Below, piece by piece: positions 60,024 through 64,000 of a stretch of 64,000 nucleotides of DNA. The notes beneath the pieces were generated by a model. It was not told the DNA's origin. It saw nothing but the letters and a program-made list of their open reading frames with translations, and made no database searches. How positions within the stretch are numbered: position 1 is the first letter of the stretch; each line of letters begins with the position of its first letter. The position numbers and the translations under genes were made by a program. Origin of the DNA: an uncultured Gemmatimonadales bacterium (lineage in GTDB: Bacteria; Gemmatimonadota; Gemmatimonadetes; Gemmatimonadales; GWC2-71-9); contig CAVSLV010000004.1 of assembly GCA_963728915.1 (NCBI GenBank), positions 416,001 through 480,000 of the forward strand, given 5' to 3'.

Positions 60024-60536
60024 TCACTTCTTCACGGAAACGGTGGAATCCGAGAACACCATCAGGTAGGCCATCCGCCACTGTCCATCGGGGCCCTTGG
60101 CGATGGCCATGGCATACCGCCCGTAATCCATCATCGGCTTGGCCATTTTCTTGTTCGTGGGCGTGCTGCCTTCCATGTAGCTGCCGCTCTGGTAGGCCTG
60201 GTCATTGTTCACCGGGATGGTCATGTCGGGCATGAACATCATCGAGGTGTAGTGGTTCGCCTTGAACATCGGTTCCATGAAGGCCTGGATCGCCGCCCGG
60301 CCCATGAGCACCGGAGCGCCCCGGGCGTCGATCCTCGCACTGTCACCGAACATGGCGGCGGCGGCGGCGACATTGTTGGAGGTATCGGCGGTCACGTACC
60401 GCGCCAGCACATCGCTGACCGCGTTGCGCACCGCGGCGGAATCCACCGCGGGAGCTGCCGCCTGCTGCGGCGCCGGCTGGCTGCAGGCCAACCCCGCCAG
60501 GGGAACGAGCCACACTACGAGACGACGGCCGGACAT
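60024..60536 (-). CDS. DUF4440/SnoaL-like (NTF2 fold) lipoprotein, tandem paralog
   Basis: AGLA-C lipobox, GRAAIQ, GRYAM..K.PDGQWRM. Confidence 0.8.
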   Translation of the reverse strand: MSGRRLVVWLVPLAGLACSQPAPQQAAAPAVDSAAVRNAVSDVLARYVTADTSNNVAAAAAMFGDSARIDARGAPVLMGRAAIQAFMEPMFKANHYTSMMFMPDMTIPVNNDQAYQSGSYMEGSTPTNKKMAKPMMDYGRYAMAIAKGPDGQWRMAYLMVFSDSTVSVKK

Positions 60537-60564
60537 AGCGCGTCTCCAGGGAGGTTAAGGGAGG

Positions 60565-61194
60565 CTAATAGAGTACCCGGGAGGGACGGTTTTCGCCAGA
60601 AGACCCCGGTTCAACCCGGAGTGCGTGCAGGATGCTTTCCCGAAGGTCCTCGACGCCGAGCCCGGTCGTGCTGCTGGTCACGATCAGGTCCTCCACAGCG
60701 AGCCCCAGGTCCTGGGCCCGCTGGTTGGTGGCGCGTTTTCGTTCGGCCTGAGTCAGTTTGTCGGCCTTGGTGAGGACGACCAGGGTGGCCCGCTCCCGGT
60801 CGGCGAGCAGGTCCTGCATCTCCCGATCGTCCACCGACGGAGGGTGCCTGATGTCGAGCAGCCAGACCACGCCCTGGAGACCGGGACGCCTGCCGATGAC
60901 CCCGTCCACCAGCTTCCGGTAGGCAGCCCGGTCGCTTTTCGATGCCCGGGCCCAGCCATAACCCGGGAGGTCCAGCAGGTAACCCGCCGGCATCCGGTAC
61001 ACGTTGAGCAGGGTGGTCTTCCCCGGCGTGGCGCTGACCTTGGCCAGCTTCCGGCGCCCCGCCAGCGCATTCAGCAGGCTCGATTTGCCGGCGTTGGAAC
61101 GCCCGGCCAGGACGAGCTCCGCCCCGGGGGGCTCGAGGTGATGGAGGGGATCAGGAAAGCTGCCCACGAAGGCGAGGGGCAGCGGAGGGATCAC
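60565..61194 (-). CDS. engB: ribosome biogenesis GTP-binding protein YihA/EngB
   Basis: [27 protein letters not shown] overlap with clpX. Confidence 0.92.
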   Translation of the reverse strand: MIPPLPLAFVGSFPDPLHHLEPPGAELVLAGRSNAGKSSLLNALAGRRKLAKVSATPGKTTLLNVYRMPAGYLLDLPGYGWARASKSDRAAYRKLVDGVIGRRPGLQGVVWLLDIRHPPSVDDREMQDLLADRERATLVVLTKADKLTQAERKRATNQRAQDLGLAVEDLIVTSSTTGLGVEDLRESILHALRVEPGSSGENRPSRVLY

Positions 61195-62441
61195 GCTTCC
61201 TTGATCTGGCGGGGACGCTCCGTCACGACCAGGGGGACCTTCCCGTCGGTGATGCATTCCGGGGTGACCACCACCTCGCGCACGTCATCGCGCGAGGGCA
61301 GCTCGAACATGAGATCGGTCATCACCGTTTCCAGAATGGCCCGAAGTCCCCGGGCGCCGGTGGAGCGCTTGATGGCCTTGTGAGCCACCGCGCGGAGCGC
61401 CTCGGGGTCGAAGGTGAGTCCGACCGACTCCAGCTCGAACAGCTTCTGATACTGCTTGGTGATCGCGTTCTTGGGTTCGACCAGAATCCGGACCAGGGAT
61501 TCCTCGTCGAGCGATTCGAGCGGCACCACCACCGGCAACCGGCCCACCAGCTCGGGGATCATGCCGTAGCGGAGCAGGTCGTCGGGCTCGGCGTTCCCGA
61601 AGGGGTTCTTCCTGTCCGGCTCCGGTCCGGCCCGGTTTACCGCGTCGGAAAACCCGATCTGCTGCCGGCCCAGCCGTCCCTCGATGATCTTGTCGAGCCC
61701 GTCAAACGCCCCGCCGCAGATGAACAGGATGTCCTTGGTGTTGATCTGGATGTATTCCTGCTGGGGGTGCTTGCGGCCGCCCTGGGGCGGCACCGACGCG
61801 ACGGTGCCCTCGAGGATCTTGAGCAGGGCCTGCTGGACCCCCTCCCCCGAGACGTCCCGGGTGATCGAGGGATTTTCCGACTTCCGGGCGATCTTGTCGA
61901 TCTCGTCGATGTAGACGATGCCGCGCTCGCATTCGGAAACGTTGAACTCGCCGGCCTGGAGCAACCGGACCAGGATGTTCTCCACGTCCTCGCCCACATA
62001 ACCCGCTTCGGTCAGGGTCGTGGCGTCGGCGATGGTGAAGGGCACGTCCAGGATCCGGGCCAGGGTCTGGGCCAGCAGGGTCTTGCCCACCCCGGTGGGC
62101 CCGAGCAGCAGGATGTTCGACTTGTCCAGCTCCACCCCGCCGGCGTCCCGCCCGCTCGCCGAGTTGATCCGCTTGTAGTGGTTGTAGACGGCGACGGCCA
62201 GGGTCCGCTTGGCGCGCTCCTGGCCGATGACGTACTGGTCGAGGACTTCCTTGATCTCCGAGGGGGTGGGGACCTGGGTGATGTTGTCGACGACTTCGCG
62301 CTCTTCATCCTCCGCCAGGATCTCGTTGCAGAGGGTGATGCACTCGTTGCAGATATAGACGGACGGGCCGGAAATGAACTTCCGGACCGAATCCTTGGAT
62401 TTTCCGCAGAACGAGCACCGGAGGTGCTTGTCGTTCGACAT
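61191..62441 (-). CDS. clpX: ATP-dependent Clp protease ATP-binding subunit
   Basis: CSFCGK zinc finger, [21 protein letters not shown] loop. Confidence 0.98.
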   Translation of the reverse strand: MSNDKHLRCSFCGKSKDSVRKFISGPSVYICNECITLCNEILAEDEEREVVDNITQVPTPSEIKEVLDQYVIGQERAKRTLAVAVYNHYKRINSASGRDAGGVELDKSNILLLGPTGVGKTLLAQTLARILDVPFTIADATTLTEAGYVGEDVENILVRLLQAGEFNVSECERGIVYIDEIDKIARKSENPSITRDVSGEGVQQALLKILEGTVASVPPQGGRKHPQQEYIQINTKDILFICGGAFDGLDKIIEGRLGRQQIGFSDAVNRAGPEPDRKNPFGNAEPDDLLRYGMIPELVGRLPVVVPLESLDEESLVRILVEPKNAITKQYQKLFELESVGLTFDPEALRAVAHKAIKRSTGARGLRAILETVMTDLMFELPSRDDVREVVVTPECITDGKVPLVVTERPRQIKEA

Positions 62442-62493
62442 GGCCGCTTACCTCACCGGGACGGCTGAAAGCTGGGGAGCCCCACAGGCAGGG

Positions 62494-63120
62494 TCAAGTG
62501 GCGACCAGCTCGGGATGACTCGCCGGCGCGGTATGGGGCTCGAACACCTGATCGATGATGCCATAGGTCTTCGCTTCGTCGGCGCTCATGTAGCGATCGC
62601 GATCCATATCCTTCTCGATCTGCTCGACCGACTGGCCGGTGTGGAAGGCATACAGCTCGTTCATCTTGTTGCGCAGGTAGAGAATCTCCCGCGCCTGGAT
62701 CTCGATGTCCGACGCGCTCCCCTGCGATCCGCCCGAGGGCTGGTGGATCATGATCCGGGCGTGGGGCAGCCCGCTCCGCTTGCCCTTGCGGCCCGCCGCG
62801 AGCAGGAACGAGCCCATCGACGCCGCCATCCCCATGCAGATGGTGTTCACCGGGGCGCGGAGGTGCTGCATGGTGTCGTAGATCGCCATCCCGCTCGACA
62901 CCACCCCGCCCGGCGAGTTGATGTACATGTAGACGTCCTTCTCGGGATTGTCGGCATCGAGAAAGAGGAGCTGGGCGATGATGATGTTGGCGACATCGTC
63001 GTTGATCGGGGCGCCCAGGAACACGATCCGGTCCATGAGGAGCCGGGAGAAGATGTCGTAGGTGCGCTCGCCCCGGCTCGATCGTTCGATGATGTACGGA
63101 GGATAGAGCATGCTGGTCAC
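62494..63120 (-). CDS. clpP: ATP-dependent Clp protease proteolytic subunit
   Basis: [26 protein letters not shown]. Confidence 0.98.
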   Translation of the reverse strand: MTSMLYPPYIIERSSRGERTYDIFSRLLMDRIVFLGAPINDDVANIIIAQLLFLDADNPEKDVYMYINSPGGVVSSGMAIYDTMQHLRAPVNTICMGMAASMGSFLLAAGRKGKRSGLPHARIMIHQPSGGSQGSASDIEIQAREILYLRNKMNELYAFHTGQSVEQIEKDMDRDRYMSADEAKTYGIIDQVFEPHTAPASHPELVAT

Positions 63121-64000
63121 GATCCTGCCTCGCTCGTGGTGGATTGGCCGAGGAGCCAGGCGAAGACCTTCTCCTCGGTGAGGGTGCGTTCGAGCTCGGG
63201 CAGCCGCTTGGCCTGCTCGAGCGAAGCGTAAACCTTGGCCGGCTCGACGCCCCGTTGCGCCGCGATCGCGGCGATCCGGGCGTCGAGATCGGCCTCGGTG
63301 GCCCGGAGGTTCTCCCGCTCGGCGAGGGTCGAGAGGACCAGCTCGCGGCGGACCTGGGCGCTCGCGATGGGCCGCATTTCCTGGTAGAACGCCTCGGCCT
63401 TTTCGTGGGGCACTTCATAGGCGTGGAGCAGGTTGTGCAGCATCCGGTCCACCATGGATGGCGGCGCCTCGACGTTGTTGGCCTGCACCAGCTGCTCGAT
63501 CAGCTGCTCCCGCACCGCGGCGTCGGCCTCCCGGCCCGCGGCGGTGGCGAGATCCTGACGGACCGCCTCGGTGAGCGCGGTCACGGTCTCGAAATCGCCG
63601 ACTTCGCGGGCGAAGGCATCATCCAGCTCGGGGAGCTCCTGTCGTTTCACCTCGTGGAGCGTGAGCCTGACCGCGCGGGGCTTGCTCCGCTTCTCGGCGT
63701 CGGGATGATCGTCGGGAAAGCGGACCTCGGTCTCGATGGTCTCGCCGGGGAGCAGGGTCATGATCTTCTCTTCCAGGTCCGGGATCGCCTGGCCTTCGCC
63801 CAGGACGATGGAATAGGGCTGGGCCGGCTTGACCTCCCCCTCCTCGATCGGGGCGACCTCCACCCGCACCATCTGGCCCGGCGCAGGCTTCTCGGCTTCG
63901 ACCGGCAGCCAGCTGGCTCGCTGCTCCCGGAGCCGTCCCAGCTGCTCGGTCACCATCGGGTCGGTGACCGGGGGAACGTTGCGGGTTAACGAGAAGCCGC
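63117..64000 (-). CDS. tig: trigger factor (5' end beyond window)
   Basis: FKBP-like region, [10 protein letters not shown], position upstream of clpP-clpX; frame open to window end. Confidence 0.9.
   Translation of the reverse strand, partial: GFSLTRNVPPVTDPMVTEQLGRLREQRASWLPVEAEKPAPGQMVRVEVAPIEEGEVKPAQPYSIVLGEGQAIPDLEEKIMTLLPGETIETEVRFPDDHPDAEKRSKPRAVRLTLHEVKRQELPELDDAFAREVGDFETVTALTEAVRQDLATAAGREADAAVREQLIEQLVQANNVEAPPSMVDRMLHNLLHAYEVPHEKAEAFYQEMRPIASAQVRRELVLSTLAERENLRATEADLDARIAAIAAQRGVEPAKVYASLEQAKRLPELERTLTEEKVFAWLLGQSTTSEAGS

Overview
High-GC bacterial chromosomal window. Gene content and protein style suggest Gemmatimonadota, but this is an inference. Housekeeping blocks: GltD-like oxidoreductase plus 2-oxoacid:ferredoxin oxidoreductase; metB-like/M48/purD/mutM/GIY-YIG; glmM-glmS; dtd-maf; tig-clpP-clpX-engB. 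These surround a ~26 kb surface-polysaccharide locus (about 27.4-53.5 kb) with PglF/E/D/C-like enzymes, Wza/Wzc, an ABC flippase, a Wzy-like protein, glycosyltransferases, IS3 remnants and an Ig-repeat/beta-helix lipoprotein. The most striking unexplained structure is a dispersed family of inverted short-tandem-repeat arrays (units GGCGGACN, GGTCGG(A/G)G(A/G) and a CCTCAAA-like heptamer). Wherever both arms are present, the G-rich arm comes first and the C-rich arm second. Two such arrays bracket two paralogous four-helix-bundle (23S rRNA IVP/bAvd-like) genes, each gene with its own repeat unit. The same units recur as gene-less hairpins at stop codons, around start codons and in frame inside genes. 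This looks like an autonomous/non-autonomous repeat-element system. Several single-base frameshifts, some in homopolymers, suggest residual long-read assembly errors, so frameshift-based interpretations are tentative. No rRNA, tRNA or CRISPR array was seen.
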